Positions 26,176-39,196 are shown, counted from the first letter of the whole stretch. The stretch: DNA of 58,478 bases, filler included, from Blastocystis sp. subtype 4 (GCF_000743755.1; 2 parts of 2 records of this genome joined end to end with filler, not necessarily neighbours in it); one strand, 5' to 3'. The notes: generated by a model from the letters alone, not told the origin. Made by a program: numbers and translations.

Positions 26176-27758
26176 TCAAACATTGGTTCGATTCTTCAGA
26201 CTATCACATAAAACTAACATGGAAGAGTTGGTGTGTTTACGAACAATATTCATGTAACTATGATAAGCAGGGAGATTGGCATTATAAACGTATCGTTTGT
26301 GAATAGCATTGAATATGGATCTATCCATCACCTCCTTCTCACATACATACGGATGATGAGGTAAATCAAAAGCAAACATCTCTCCCGCAATTATGAAGCG
26401 ATAACCGCGGTAACGTAGATTCTCAATATATGTGATTTTGTTGAATCCGTAGTTGATTAGATCCTCCAAATAGTCGGTAATGTTATCTCTTCGCTTCACC
26501 ATTACATATGGTTCTTGAAAGCGATTGGGCCAACAATGCATTTCAAAGTACCGTTTTGGCTTGTGCAAAATATGTGACGAAATCCAATTTCCTTTAATAT
26601 AATACTAGCTATCAAAGTTAATGTATCACCAACATGTGTAAAAACTCCCTTCTTAAACTGACAACATTTCTTCGCTCTTACACAGGAGACAAGATTTGAC
26701 AATGAAAATGGAATACGTGAACTCACTCTGATTGAGGTTCCTTTAGAAGTACTTACGATTGTACTTGTTCTTCGAAAGTTCCGTTTGCAATGGTCCATCC
26801 AGTATGGAAGAATGCAGGAATAATCACAGCTGTGGTATCATCACAGACATCAACCAATTCTTTGAGCTTCTCATAACTGTATTCTACAGGTAATGAACTG
26901 ATTATAGGACTACGTGAAGGCCACATATCGATATCTAGATACACGTAATGCGTTGATCGAGTATGATGAATTCCAAAATTACGAAGTGTATTGATTGGGT
27001 AATTCTCATGATAAAAAGAATCTATTGCAGAAATGTAGGCAAGAAGGGTAATTCGATTCTCGCACAACATAGATTCTTTCGCGATAAATGATTCGAATGA
27101 TGACAATTCTTCTTCTTTGATGTGAATCACAAAAGTAATTGGACTAATAATGAGTTTATATTCACAGAACGACCCATTCCAGCGGGATGCTGTGATTGGG
27201 AAGATAAACAAACGGTTGTAACTGAGTTATAATCGATACAAATAGAAAAATACCTTCCCGATGTAACAAGGGTTACATCAGTCACAGTCGTGTTTACCAT
27301 CCAAACTATACGTGAATAGAATCATCAGAAGCTACTATCATCTCGCGATAACAGTATTGGGTTCACACATCCAGAATAATCCCACAATGTCGAATTCTCT
27401 TCTCGAACTTGGCGCCGAGGAAATCGAGGTTCATATTGTGTTTCATTCCGCAACATTTTGAATTCTGGAGAATAGCTTGACACTTTCTTGGGAGATTTCT
27501 CAAGAAGTGTTATGTTTGGTACAATTTCATTTGAAAGAGATTGAAACATCTGACTGCTATCCCAGTCAACATTTGTTTCTTTAAAGAACATCCATTTTTG
27601 AAAACTCCAAGACTGAAGATTGCTCTATTCATAACATGCCATTTAGTGTTCCAGTACAGAATAACGATATGATAAAAGACCAAAGCACCACCTACTGTCT
27701 ATAACACTATTATCTCTTACAGGAACAATGCAACAAACAATCTCCTCACCAGATCCAT
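26176..27758 (-). CDS. GT49-family glycosyltransferase (LARGE/B4GAT1-like)
   Basis: YPINTLRNFGI...YVYLDIDMWPS, AVIIPAF, FQEPYVMV, YGFNKITYIENL and FAFDLPH; N-terminal TM segment. Confidence 0.85.
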
Positions 27759-27799
27759 TGCACTAGTGGTCGTTTCGAACTATCAATGAAAATACTATG

Positions 27800-28143
27800 T
27801 TGACCCTATTTTATAAATGACCCTATTATTTCCTTATTGAGATTATCTTACTCTGTGTGAATTATATCACTCCTCTCCTTGCTGGATTATCTTTGATAGA
27901 CTGTTTGGGTGCGATTGTAATCGGTTAATCTATCATCTATATTGGGTATTCATTTAGGAGAAGTGATTATTCTAGTGGGATAGAGTTATGGTTAACGGTT
28001 TCCTTCTCCATGTTCTTTGATGGTCTCGTGTTGTTCATGAATGCCAAGGATGATTATCTGTCGGCATTACTATATGGAAATGTGCTATTTAGTGGTGTTG
28101 TTGTATGGTTAGGAATTCATTGTCATGTGGGATAGTGGACTAA
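27800..28143 (+). CDS. Possible small membrane protein (low confidence)
   Basis: Short hydrophobic exon-like pieces (GIELWLTVSFSMFFDGLVLFMNAKDDYLSALLYGNVLFSGVVV) bounded by GT..AG; TGTTTGTT at about 28207. Confidence 0.3.
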
Positions 28144-29200
28144 TGTTGTGTATTCATTTGAATTGTGTCCTGTATGATAGAATAGTACTGTTCATCCTCT
28201 TTTTACTGTTTGTTTAATCTGGAAATAGATAATACTCATCCTTCATTATCAAACAATTCATTCTACTTCCTTTACTATTCAACCAACTGACTAAACTGGA
28301 TCTTTGGATCCAGAGATATGTTGTAAGAATGATTATTCCCAACTCTGGAGTTTGATCAGTTTGATTCCTAATGTCCCAGTGTCCATTGATTCGCTTGTCC
28401 TTCACCTTCATTGGCTCTTGTTGAACTGTTCCAGTTTCTGGAGAGAAGTCGTGAAAATGAAATCATTACAAGAGTGATGTTGATTCCATCTAGTGTGACC
28501 CATTTCCACTACAAAGCACTCATACTTCCCATCTTTATCTAAAACCACAACATTCCATCGAGATACTGATAACGAATGGCCAAATCACAGTATCTGAAGA
28601 TCACTAATAATGAGATGAATCGATAAGTTCTAATGAGGAATATCCTGAGATTATGATAGTGATGATTGGATGAGTTGTGTATAAGAGTAAAGAACAAAAG
28701 AAATCTCCATTCACATTATTTGAATAGATCATTTAAGACCATCACTCAATCCCACTATCCTCACATACATAAGTCATATCTATCATTCTATTAGCTGTAT
28801 CATCTTATCATGTTTATTACCCTGTTATCAGTGAATCAAATGAGTAAATGCTATTATCATGGTGAGGGAGTTGTAAAGCGTATAGTGCCTGTCTCTCCTG
28901 AACATGACGTCTCATGTCTCGACAGTATTGTGGGATTATCATGAACTTCATAAGAATAGTTAAAGATTAGGTAATGTGAGATTGATGAATTGAATTGATT
29001 CCCGTGAATCAGTTATAGGTAATGTTGAACAGAAAGATCATTTCTTTATCAAAACGAATAATGATTGATAATAAGAATATGAGTGTAGATAATGTTGAAT
29101 CAATATCAGATAAGATGAATGGAGTAGAATGGAGAATGAAGTGGAAAGAGTACTTGAAAGAGAGTGTATTGAATGATAATAAGAATTGTATGTTGAGTTT

Positions 29201-29300
29201 NNNNNNNNNNNNNNNNNNNNNNNNNNNNNNNNNNNNNNNNNNNNTTAATTAATTAANNNNNNNNNNNNNNNNNNNNNNNNNNNNNNNNNNNNNNNNNNNN
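29201..29300. other. Assembly gap with artificial linker N44-TTAATTAATTAA-N44
   Basis: 100-nt N run with TTAATTAATTAA (stops in all six frames) at 29245-29256. Confidence 0.97.
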
Positions 29301-29330
29301 TGATATATAGGTTCAGAGATTCATTATGAT

Positions 29331-31818
29331 CGTATTGGAGGCCGAAACGCCGCATCTCTGGTGAATAAGGATGATCCGAATGTCATTGAAATCTGGAATC
29401 TCGTGTTCATGCAGTTCTCTCGTGATGCATCAGGAACCTTGCATTTGTTACCTGCAAAGCATGTTGATACAGGAATGGGATTTGAACGTATCACCTCAAT
29501 TCTACAGAATAAGATGTCGAATTATGACACTGATATCTTCTCTCCCATCTTTGAAGCCATTCATCAAGTGGCTGGTGTGGAGGGATACACTGGTCTTGTT
29601 GCTGGTCAAAATGGTGTTGATAAGATGAATGAGCAGGCAAAGAAAGATATGGCGTAAACTCAGGATGGTTGTTTGATTGGTAGATATCGTGTGGTAGCTG
29701 ATCATATTCGTACTCTGACAGTAGCCATTACAGATGGAGCTGTTCCCAGTAATAATGGTCGAGGATATGTATTGCGTCGTATTCTCCGTCGAGGTGTTCG
29801 CTATGGTCAGGAGATTCTGAAGTGCAAGCCTGGATTCTTCTCCGAGTTGGTCCCTGTAGTGGTGTCGCATATGAAGGATGCCTTCCCAGAGCTGGAGGAG
29901 AAACAGCACTTTGTTCAGGAAGTGATTCGAGAGGAAGAGATGGCATTCAATCGTAAGAAAGAGAATGAGGAGTGATATTAAGGCACATTGGAGAAGGGTC
30001 TGAAGCGATTCGCACAAGAGGCAGAACGCTGTACAATGACAGGTCAGAAACAGATTACAGGCGATGTGGCATTCTTCTTGTATGGTACATTGGGATTCCC
30101 GATCGATCTGACTCAGGTAAGGATTGATAGTGGAGATGAGGCATAGTTGATGGCAGAAGAAGCAGGATTGAGTGTTGACTTAGCTGGATATGAGAAGGCA
30201 ATGGAAGCAGCACGTCTGGAGGCAAAAGCAGTAGGAAGATGGATGTGAGGATCATGTCAGAGCCATAAGAATGTTGCAGGAGCAGCATTGGTGATGGAGG
30301 CAGAACAAGTGAGTCATTTGAAGAAGGCAGAGGTACCGACCACGAATGATCTGCCTAAGTATGAATGGTATCAGTCATTGGAGACAGAGGTGCTGGCTCT
30401 GTATACGAGTCAGAAGGAGTTCCCTGAAGAGGTGAAGGAGAGTGATGGACAAGTGGGTTTGATTGTACGTGAGACAAGTTTCTATGCTGAGTCTGGAGGT
30501 CAAGTGGCAGATACTGGTATTATCACAGTGGGTGAGACAAGGTAGGAATGAGAAAGGAGTATGAGAGTAGTTTCAATGTATTGAATGTGATGTCCTATGG
30601 AGGATATGTGTTACATATTGGTACAGTGGAGAAGGGTATGATTCGCAAGGGTGATCACTGTACATGTTGTGTGGATTATGAGCGTCGAATGTTGATTGCT
30701 CCAAATCACACTCTAACACATATGATGAACTGGGCGTTACGTCGTGTATTACAAACAGACACTGATCAGAAGGGTTCATTGGTCGATGATCAGAAGCTTC
30801 GTTTTGATTTCAACAGTACGAAACCTGTTTCACCATCACAACTGGCGGAGGTTGAGCGTCAGGTGAATGAGAAGATCAATGATGCTCTTACGGTGTATAC
30901 TTCTGTAGTTCCCATCGAGGAAGCACGTCAGATCTGTTCATTACGAGCTGTATTTGGTGAGGTAGGATTGATAGACAGTTGATTATCTAGCACTATCCTA
31001 ATATGGTTCGTGTGGTATCAATTGGTCGACCTGTGGCTGATCTGTTGGCAGATCCAAAGGTAGGACTTGTAGAGAGATGTTCATTTAGAATGAGGCGTGG
31101 ATGGAATATTCTGTGGAGTTTTGTGGAGGAACACATCTGAGTAATCTAGCTCAGGCCAAGTTCTTCTCGATTGTGGAGGAGGGTAGCATTAGCAAGGGTA
31201 TCCGTCGTATTGTGGCCATCACAGGAGATCGAGCAAATGAGAGTATTGTATTGGCCAATCAGATTCAAGGGATGTTGTCGCATGCTCGTTCGTTGCATGG
31301 AAAGGAGTTGGAGATGGCTGTAACTGAGCTTCAGCAAGTGTTACCAACAGCTGTGATCAGTGTGGCGACGAAGGTGGAGTTCAAGGAGGAGTTGAAGGCC
31401 TTGGAGAAGGCAATGATGGCTGAGAGAAAGGAAGCGACAGCCAAGCAGTTGGAGCAGGCTCTGGCAGAAGCAAGTGTGATGGTGAATGATGTAAAGAGAA
31501 AAGGGTCGTGTGGCTTATATTGTGAATGGTATTGATAGTAGCAATGCAAGCAAATTGATGCAGAGAATTCGTGAAATGGATTCAGAGAACTCCTATTTCC
31601 TCTTCAGTGTTGATGAGGTACATAACAAGGTAGCAATGTATGCCTTAGTGGCAAAGGAGAAGGTGAACAATACCTTCTCTGCTAGGATATGGATTAGTGA
31701 AGTGGCTGCTGTATGTGGTGGAAAGGGAGGTGGTTCTCCAGTCCAGGCACAGGGACAATCAAAGGACATTTCGAATGTGAAGGCAGCTTTTGCAAAGGCC
31801 GAAGAGATGCTCCAGTAA
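29331..31818 (+). CDS. AARS1: Cytosolic alanyl-tRNA synthetase, 5'-truncated by the gap
   Basis: [63 protein letters not shown] and C-terminal GGKGGG. Confidence 0.96.
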
Positions 31819-32221
31819 ATCTATGAGGGTGAAGTGTTTGTTGTTCAATGGAGAACATTGAAGTGAATCTTTGACTTCAATCAGTTAGTCAAAGAAATGT
31901 GAGAAGGATCAAAACAAAGAGAAACACACATTATTTCTATCATCTGGAATGAACTCCTAAAAAGTGTACAAACAATACTGTAACTTGGTAACACACGATG
32001 AAGATTCCTTATAATAGGAGGGCTTTTCAGATAATTCAACAAGTTGAGTACTTTGTACTCTCTCTTCCATTGAACGTAAGAATCATCCACTTTAAGATAC
32101 TGAATAATCAATCAGAGAAAATAGTGCCATTTTCTGGAGCAAATTGAAATCTATCAAATTACACTTGCAGAGATCCTCTCCAAGTTGCAATTCGTCGATA
32201 TTACATTGTGAATCGAAAAGA

Positions 32222-34040
32222 ATGTCTTCCTCTCCGTATCCCTCCAGTGATCATGGAAACGCCACATGTCGCGAAATCTGGGATGAAATGAAGAAGCTGA
32301 CAGTATTTGTCGACACTTCCCTCGATTGTTACAAAGTGGTGGTGAGTTTGCTATCTGACGTTTAGAGCGAGTTAAATGAGTATCATTTTGCAATATTTGT
32401 TCAGTATTGCATTACTCTTCTATACATCGATGTGGCAGAAGCCAAGCGTTTCTTTTCAACATATCGGCTACGTCATTTACTCTTTCACGAAGATAAACTG
32501 ATTGTTATGAACCAAGTTATTGACGATCCAAAGGTATTCGTGTAGGAGCTTGATATAATCCAAATAGAATCGACAAGAGTCGGATTATCACCAGCACTTT
32601 TGTATGGATGTGACAATGAGAGAAGTGACACGTATGTTGTTAGTAGAGTTTATTCGACAGAATAAGCTTACAAAAATCCTTGAAATGGAGAATAAAGTCG
32701 TTTCATTTCAATTGTTTGAGCATTTAGTATGTTTACATTGTGATCGATCCAACAACCAGTGGGACACCTGCCGTCATTATTGCTCAGCAGAAGATATTAA
32801 TGGATCGTCAAAAGAAGTATAATTCTCCCTCAAGTTCATCTGAAAACTCTAGTTTTGCATGTTTTACTGTTATTTCTTAATTCATAGAGAGAACTAAGTG
32901 AAGAAGAGAAAAAGAATCGTTTTCCATCTATCGCTCTTGCTTCATTCACTTCCCAGTTTGATAGCCACATTATCTGTATCTCGATAAGTAATGATGGAAA
33001 TTGCGTATCTTCATTCTATCGCTATTGACTTAGATTGCCACTTCTTCAGAAAATGGACTGGTTCATCTGTGGAAGTGTCAACAGAATCCTTCTCAAATCG
33101 TTCATGTCATTTTATCCTTCTCATCTTACCCATAGAGTCTTCTGTTAGGTCATACAGAAGCAGTAACAAGCATGGACTTCAGTAATGATGGAAAATACCT
33201 TCTGACCTGTGGTCTTGATGGTGGTGTTCGTCTGTGGCTAACAGATCTGGGTCGTTGTGTTGTCAATTATCGTTCGTTCTCCACTCCTGCATGGTGTGTT
33301 CGATTTAGTCCAAAAAACCGTTGTTTTTGTGTCTGTTCAGAAGGAGGAATTGTGTACATGTACAATACGGACGATATCCAGTATGCAAGACGCTTTGTTG
33401 CTTCATTAATGGATATATATGTGTGTGAATGGTCAGTTGTCAGTATGGGAGCTATTATATTGGGTACTGCAAGTGGTGACACGTATCTATGTAATGCGGA
33501 GTGAGAATGATGGATATGAGTCATTTGTAGTACTGGTGAACTTATGCGTCAATACATTGGGAATGGATCTGCAGTTACTGCTATCTCGTTTATAAATTAT
33601 TCTCATTTCTTAATGGCTGGATATGAAGATGGGAGTTTGAGTGTTTATCAAACTAGTAATTGCAAACGTGTGGCTCTAGTTCATGGTCACAAGAAAGTAT
33701 TATTCACTATGATTGATTGAGAATTAGGCTGTTCGTAAAATTGTCTATAATTCAGATAAGAACACAATCATGTCAATTAGTGAAGATGGTCATATAAAGA
33801 TTTGGGAATTCATTGTTAACATGGAGGTAATGTATAATACATAGGAAGTGGACAAACAGAGTCGTTTGGAGAAACAACCGTTATCCTCGTATTCGTTCTT
33901 CGAAGAACCCTCTCAACCAGAACCCAGAGAGCCTACAGTAGCACTAAATCAGTTGAAGTGTTATTCAGTTGATGGTCTTCATTTGGTTGATGCAGTATAT
34001 GTGAAGAAAGATGTTGTAATGGTGGCTGGACTCTTTGATT
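32222..34040 (+). CDS. TAF5: TFIID subunit 5 (NTD2 + WD40)
   Basis: LTVFVDTSLDCYK|SELNEYHFAIFVQYCI resembles TFIID_NTD2. WD40 DFSNDGKYLLTCGLDGGVRLW...CVVNY. Ends VAGLFD+T(34040). Confidence 0.78.
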
Positions 34041-34184
34041 CCTATGTTTGTAACATACTATCATCAGCGGTAAAGCGAAGTATCTCAAAGAGTGAGTATA
34101 AACACTCAAACAATCATAAAAGCAAGTAAATGAAACAAGGATATAGACTATCCATATACACCTTTTTAATCTCATGTTCTTCGT

Positions 34185-35824
34185 TCAAAAGGATCCACGT
34201 TTCTTCCGCAAAACAGAGAGACGGAAACCATTTGCAGTTTCAAGAAGATGCGGATGCTCCCGATTCCTTAAATCCTGAAGAATTTGCATGTAATCATTAA
34301 ATCCATACTAACATCAACAATCAAGGATATAATCTCAGCAAAATCACTTTTGCTCAGTTTCTCCTTTTCTTGCTCCATCAGAGCAAGTCCAATACAATAC
34401 ATTAACAGAAATCTCTCTGGATCTGCAAGCAGGGAATCCCAGACACGAAGGACCTGCTCCATTGGTAATTCTCGTGAGAACAATGTTGTTACCCATCGAA
34501 CTGCATAAAACTGAGGATCAATCAGCAATTCTTGCTAATCTGTGAATCATCAATCTAATGCAAACAAAATGCCGAGCAATATCAGGTAGATATTCTGTAA
34601 CCATTTCATCGAGAGTTAGAAGCACACCTCGTAATCCAGTTGTTGATGCATCCATTTGACGAATAAACAGATCTCGTGTCTCTGAAATCAATGTATTGAA
34701 CGCGAAAAACGTATCTGCTTCGACTTCAATTGATACTTCACCATTCATCTTTTCATCATAGTCTGGTTATAATATTTACCTGTGGATTTTCTGCACGACC
34801 AAATGCATATAGTAATGGTGCCAGTAATTCATTCATTCCTTGGACATACTCCACACCACGATTCAACTGACTCATCACATACAAGATGCGAGCGAGAACA
34901 TTACGATTATAATGGCTGAAGAACGGCACATCACTGTGAGTCCGCTCTGTGTCTTTCCAAATAATCCCTCGAATTTCCGAATCACCAAAATCTCGAGACC
35001 ATTGACTCTCGTTGTTCATCCCAAGAGATTCTGTTGCTTCTTGTCTTTTCCATGAGGAGTCGATGGGATTTGGAAGAATCATGCTATTTTCCTTACCACA
35101 TCGTCGATTACGATTAACAATAAACTCATCTACAAACTGGAGATAGTTTGATTTATTCGTTTCCTTTGCCTTTTCCCATTGTGAAGGTTGAAAGGGATAG
35201 CAACGCAACAGCATCTTCCAAAGGTACGATCGAACGCAAGGATCTGAAAGTCCATTGAAACATACTTCACGCACCTCGCATTCGAAAATCGGTCCATTCC
35301 GAAACAAAGGAGTCAAACAACGATCGATCGATTGATCAGGTCGACACGGGAAAATGGAGCACTCAGACATCTTTTTCAAGTCGTAGATGCGATGAGGAAG
35401 GTATATCTATTCATTATTTCCACTTCACATACGGACATCCGAATCACCCCACTTCTGAATCTTATACTCTCCGTTTGGCATCAAAAATTTCCTCCAATGT
35501 AAACGACTACATGGACGAGCAAAGCAAATCGAAAGAGGTCGCTTCGCGTATCGGAGGATATCTCTTACTTCCTTTGCTTCCATCAAGTATGTTATTTGTT
35601 TGTTCACGGATATAACATAGTCTCCTCGTTTGATAGCTTCACTTCCCTAGGATCTTAACGATTTTAATATAGTTTACTTCTAGTGGAAATGCAGATCCAT
35701 CGTCCCTTCTCTCATAATCCTTAACAATAGGAAAACCGTCCTCTGTCTTTCCTAATGTGAAACCAAGAGGTCCATTACCAAATATTACCTCTCGACAGTA
35801 TTTGGAATAGACCTTAAGTGCCAT
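34185..35824 (-). CDS. Rab-GAP TBC-domain protein (TBC1D13-like) with N-terminal PDZ-like domain
   Basis: [48 protein letters not shown]-terminal GPLGFTL...[11 protein letters not shown]...[16 protein letters not shown] is PDZ-like. Confidence 0.85.
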
Positions 35825-35853
35825 GGAAGAGGATACAGGTATTCAAATTCTTA

Positions 35854-36874
35854 ATGTCAGCTTCTTCATTGATAAAGAAGATTATTCCTCCTCTTACAAG
35901 TAGTCTTCATAAGGGACAACTTGGAAAAATCTGTATTATTGGAGGTTGCAAAGAATACACAGGAGCACCGTTTTATGCTGGGATATCTGCTCAACGTGTT
36001 GTAGAAAATGAGTTTCTATAAGTAATTATTAGGGAGCTGACTTGGTGACAATCATCTGTGCAGAAGAAGCAGGGGTTCCTATAAAATGCTATTCTCCAGA
36101 GTTGATTGTGTATCCTATGATTCATTTGAGCGATCAGCAGGAGGGAAGTGAAGAGTTTAGGAAGAATTGTGACTCTAACTTTGCGTCAATTACACCAGTC
36201 TTGGAAAGGAATGACTCGATTGTGATAGGACCTGGAGCAGGTCGACATCCTAGTATGGTCGATACAATGAAAAGAGTTATTTCGTTTGCTATTCGATATC
36301 AGAAACCTCTTGTAATCGACGGAGATGGGTTATGGGTTGTAACTCAGAATCTTTCGTTGATTACTAGGTAGGATCTATCGGTAGTGGTAATGGATAGCGC
36401 ACAAAATGTTATATTAACTCCAAATCAGATGGAATTTACTCGTTTGTGGAATGCAGTCACAAAGGAGGAAAGAAAACCTAATGAACTTGTCAGTTCTGGT
36501 ACTTTATTATCATAAGTAGATTTCTAATGAAACGACCTGCTTTGCCTCTTCATTATCAAATAAATTAGGAGATGTAACAATTATTCAGAAAGGAATGATT
36601 GATGTAATTGCTAAAGGGGAGACAGTTACAAGAGTTACGGAAGAAGGTTCTTTACGACGTTGTGGTGGACAAGGAGATGTCGTTGCAGGAGTAATGGGTG
36701 TCATGAATTTGTGGAGCACTCGAACTGTAATGGACATGCCATCTGGAGTTGTTGCTGCGACTGCTACTTCCCAGATAATACGAAGAGCGGCATCGAGGGC
36801 ATTTGCGAAGGAACAACGAGGAATGACAGCAATGTCGATTGTTGCAGAATTACCACATGTTCTTGATACATTAT
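35854..36874 (+). CDS. NAXD: ATP-dependent (S)-NAD(P)H-hydrate dehydratase
   Basis: [43 protein letters not shown] and [12 protein letters not shown]. Ends LDTL+T(36874). Confidence 0.93.
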
Positions 36875-36878
36875 TAGG

Positions 36879-36893
36879 TGTTTGTTACAAACA
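36879..36893. terminator. Bidirectional 3'-end/polyadenylation element shared by NAXD and RPN11
   Basis: TGTTTGTTACAAACA: TGTTTGTT on + (36879-36886) and TGTTTGTA on - (36893-36886). Confidence 0.8.
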
Positions 36894-36895
36894 CA

Positions 36896-37946
36896 TCAGA
36901 ATAGAATCTCACCAAGTGTAGCATTCATACCCTGAACCAGATTATCTGTCAGCAATTCCTCTGCATCGATCTTTAGCTGTTTATTTGGATCCACACGACC
37001 CACAAACGAGTTATCTTCCTTTGATTCTTCCTCCACTCGCTCCTTTAACGCTTTCACCATTATCTGCATGTCTTCTACGAGATCCAGGTTATGTTTTTCC
37101 AAGTCATTGAAAGGTTTACACACCATTCCGTCCTACACACTCAAATCTGTTCAGAAAGGATACATGCCATTGAGGACGAGAAAGACGGGTCATCAAATCT
37201 TCATCTGACTACACATTAAGAAGATATCAAGAACTCACAGGATCAACATTCCAGCGAACAGGTAAACGATAATATTCACGGCCACAACCTCGCTGTTTCT
37301 GTTGAGATGTAGACTTGGAAATATGACCTCGGTTTCCTGTGCTTTGAAGTGGTTTAGGGGCTGTCATCATCATCATCATACCTCCTGCTCCAGGATAAAG
37401 ACGGAACGCATCAATTACAACATTACCTTTGACGGACTGGATGGGATCCACCACTACAGCGACACAACGGGGATCAATCTTCTCAAATGTCTACAAATGA
37501 TTCTCACAATCGATACATACATCCTGTGTATTTACATCGACCGAAGATAACCAACAACCAAAACCAGGATGCGAGTGATACCAGCCAACAACATTTTCCA
37601 TTCTACCCATTAGAGAACGACTCCAACAAAATGGAACGTACCTTCCTGTCTGCTTCATGAGTTCCATGTAATCGCTTTGATACTTCTCATCCAATGTCTC
37701 CACACTTGCAGCAGTACCCAATTGAGGCATTGGGAATACATCTGTTACGTATATTGTCAAATCATCAGCGAATTCTCCTAGCATCATTCCCATCACTTCT
37801 ATTGGAACTCCAGCCCGACCTACAATCAATCGAACCCGTAATAAAGTACCATGTTTAATCATCTTGATCAAGGCAAGTGGTGATATATATACAGTCTCTG
37901 ATGAATTAATGTTTCTAGTATTTGCTGTAGGATTCAGGAAGTCCAT
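36896..37946 (-). CDS. PSMD14: 26S proteasome deubiquitinase Rpn11
   Basis: [30 protein letters not shown] motif [34 protein letters not shown]. Confidence 0.95.
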
Positions 37947-38030
37947 TTCAGTATAAAAGAATGAAGAATCTAATTCCCATGATCTTGGATGTGTGATTTC
38001 GACAAACAATAGATTAATACTAAAGAGGAT

Positions 38031-39196
38031 TTACTGTTTGACGACCTTAGCTTTCGTCTTCTTTTGTTTCTTGTTCACTTTCTCTTTCTTCTCAGGTTTC
38101 TTTGATTGTGTGCTCTTCTCCACACGTTTAGGCGGCTCCAGCTTCGGCGCCTCCACACTCTCAAAACGCTCAGCTACACATTCTTCATACTTCAACTCTA
38201 TTTCACCAAACGTCTTTCTCTGAACTCCTCTCAGAGATTCATTCTTCGAAAAGGTTATCTCGTAGAGAATTGAAGTGACCATGAAGGAACCACATATTAT
38301 GGTCTATTCACAAGGATATTGAACATAACGAAGATCAACATCAGTGAAGACAGGCAAATCCTTCTTCTCTCCTTCTACCGATAAATCTCTTCTATTGAAT
38401 TCTACTCTCTCTCATTGTCTCGTAATCGTTAAGAAGACTTTCCAATACACGAGTCTTCAACACATTCACAATCACCACATTATTCTTCGTTTTCAATACG
38501 TTAATTAGTGGAGTAATAAGGGACTAGAATGAAAACAACAAAAATAACTAACGGTGAAATCATAACTCGAGATGTGAGGCAAACAGTCCACCAACTCCTC
38601 CAAGAAACATTCGCAGAACTGATTGAGAGGTCCCACATAGTCAGTGTTTGCCAGAACATCTAGAATCAGACTTGTATATGAATCCACCAATTCTTGTTTC
38701 CAGCCCCTCTATAACTCAAAAAATTTAAGAAAATTAACAGAGTCAAGAAGCAAAAACATCTTAAAAACCATCTTCCGCATCAACATACAGTACTTATCAA
38801 TCCGGAAACGATCTAACCCACTCCACTCACGGACCATCGTCTTCCAGAAGCAGGAAATGTACAACCAGGATAAAGAGTCCATTCGGAAGTCAAAAACCTA
38901 GAATGAATGGAAAGGTCAATGTCAACAATGTCGCTAAGAAGAGTAGCCAATGCCTCTTGTACAGGAGGCTTATCTGACATCCAGAAGGTGTAGAACAAGC
39001 CCTTCCACAACTTCATCATCTCCAGTTCAGTAATCTCCTGAACTGATTTGAGTTCCCTATTGTAAATCACCAAAATTCAAAAGAAATACCTCCGAATCGT
39101 GTCGACTGCTTTATCTCTCACTGACTTCTCGGTATTGGCCAGGTCCTTTCCCAACCGGTAGAATTTCCCAGTTTCCAGCGATTCTGATTCAGCCAT
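38031..39196 (-). CDS. RRP1: Ribosomal RNA processing protein 1 (Nop52 family)
   Basis: LANTEKSVRDKAV and MMKLWKGLFYTFWMSDKPPVQ; Lys-rich tail. Confidence 0.9.

Noticed and set aside
29245..29256. TTAATTAATTAA palindrome
   Set aside because: Artificial linker within the N gap, not biological.
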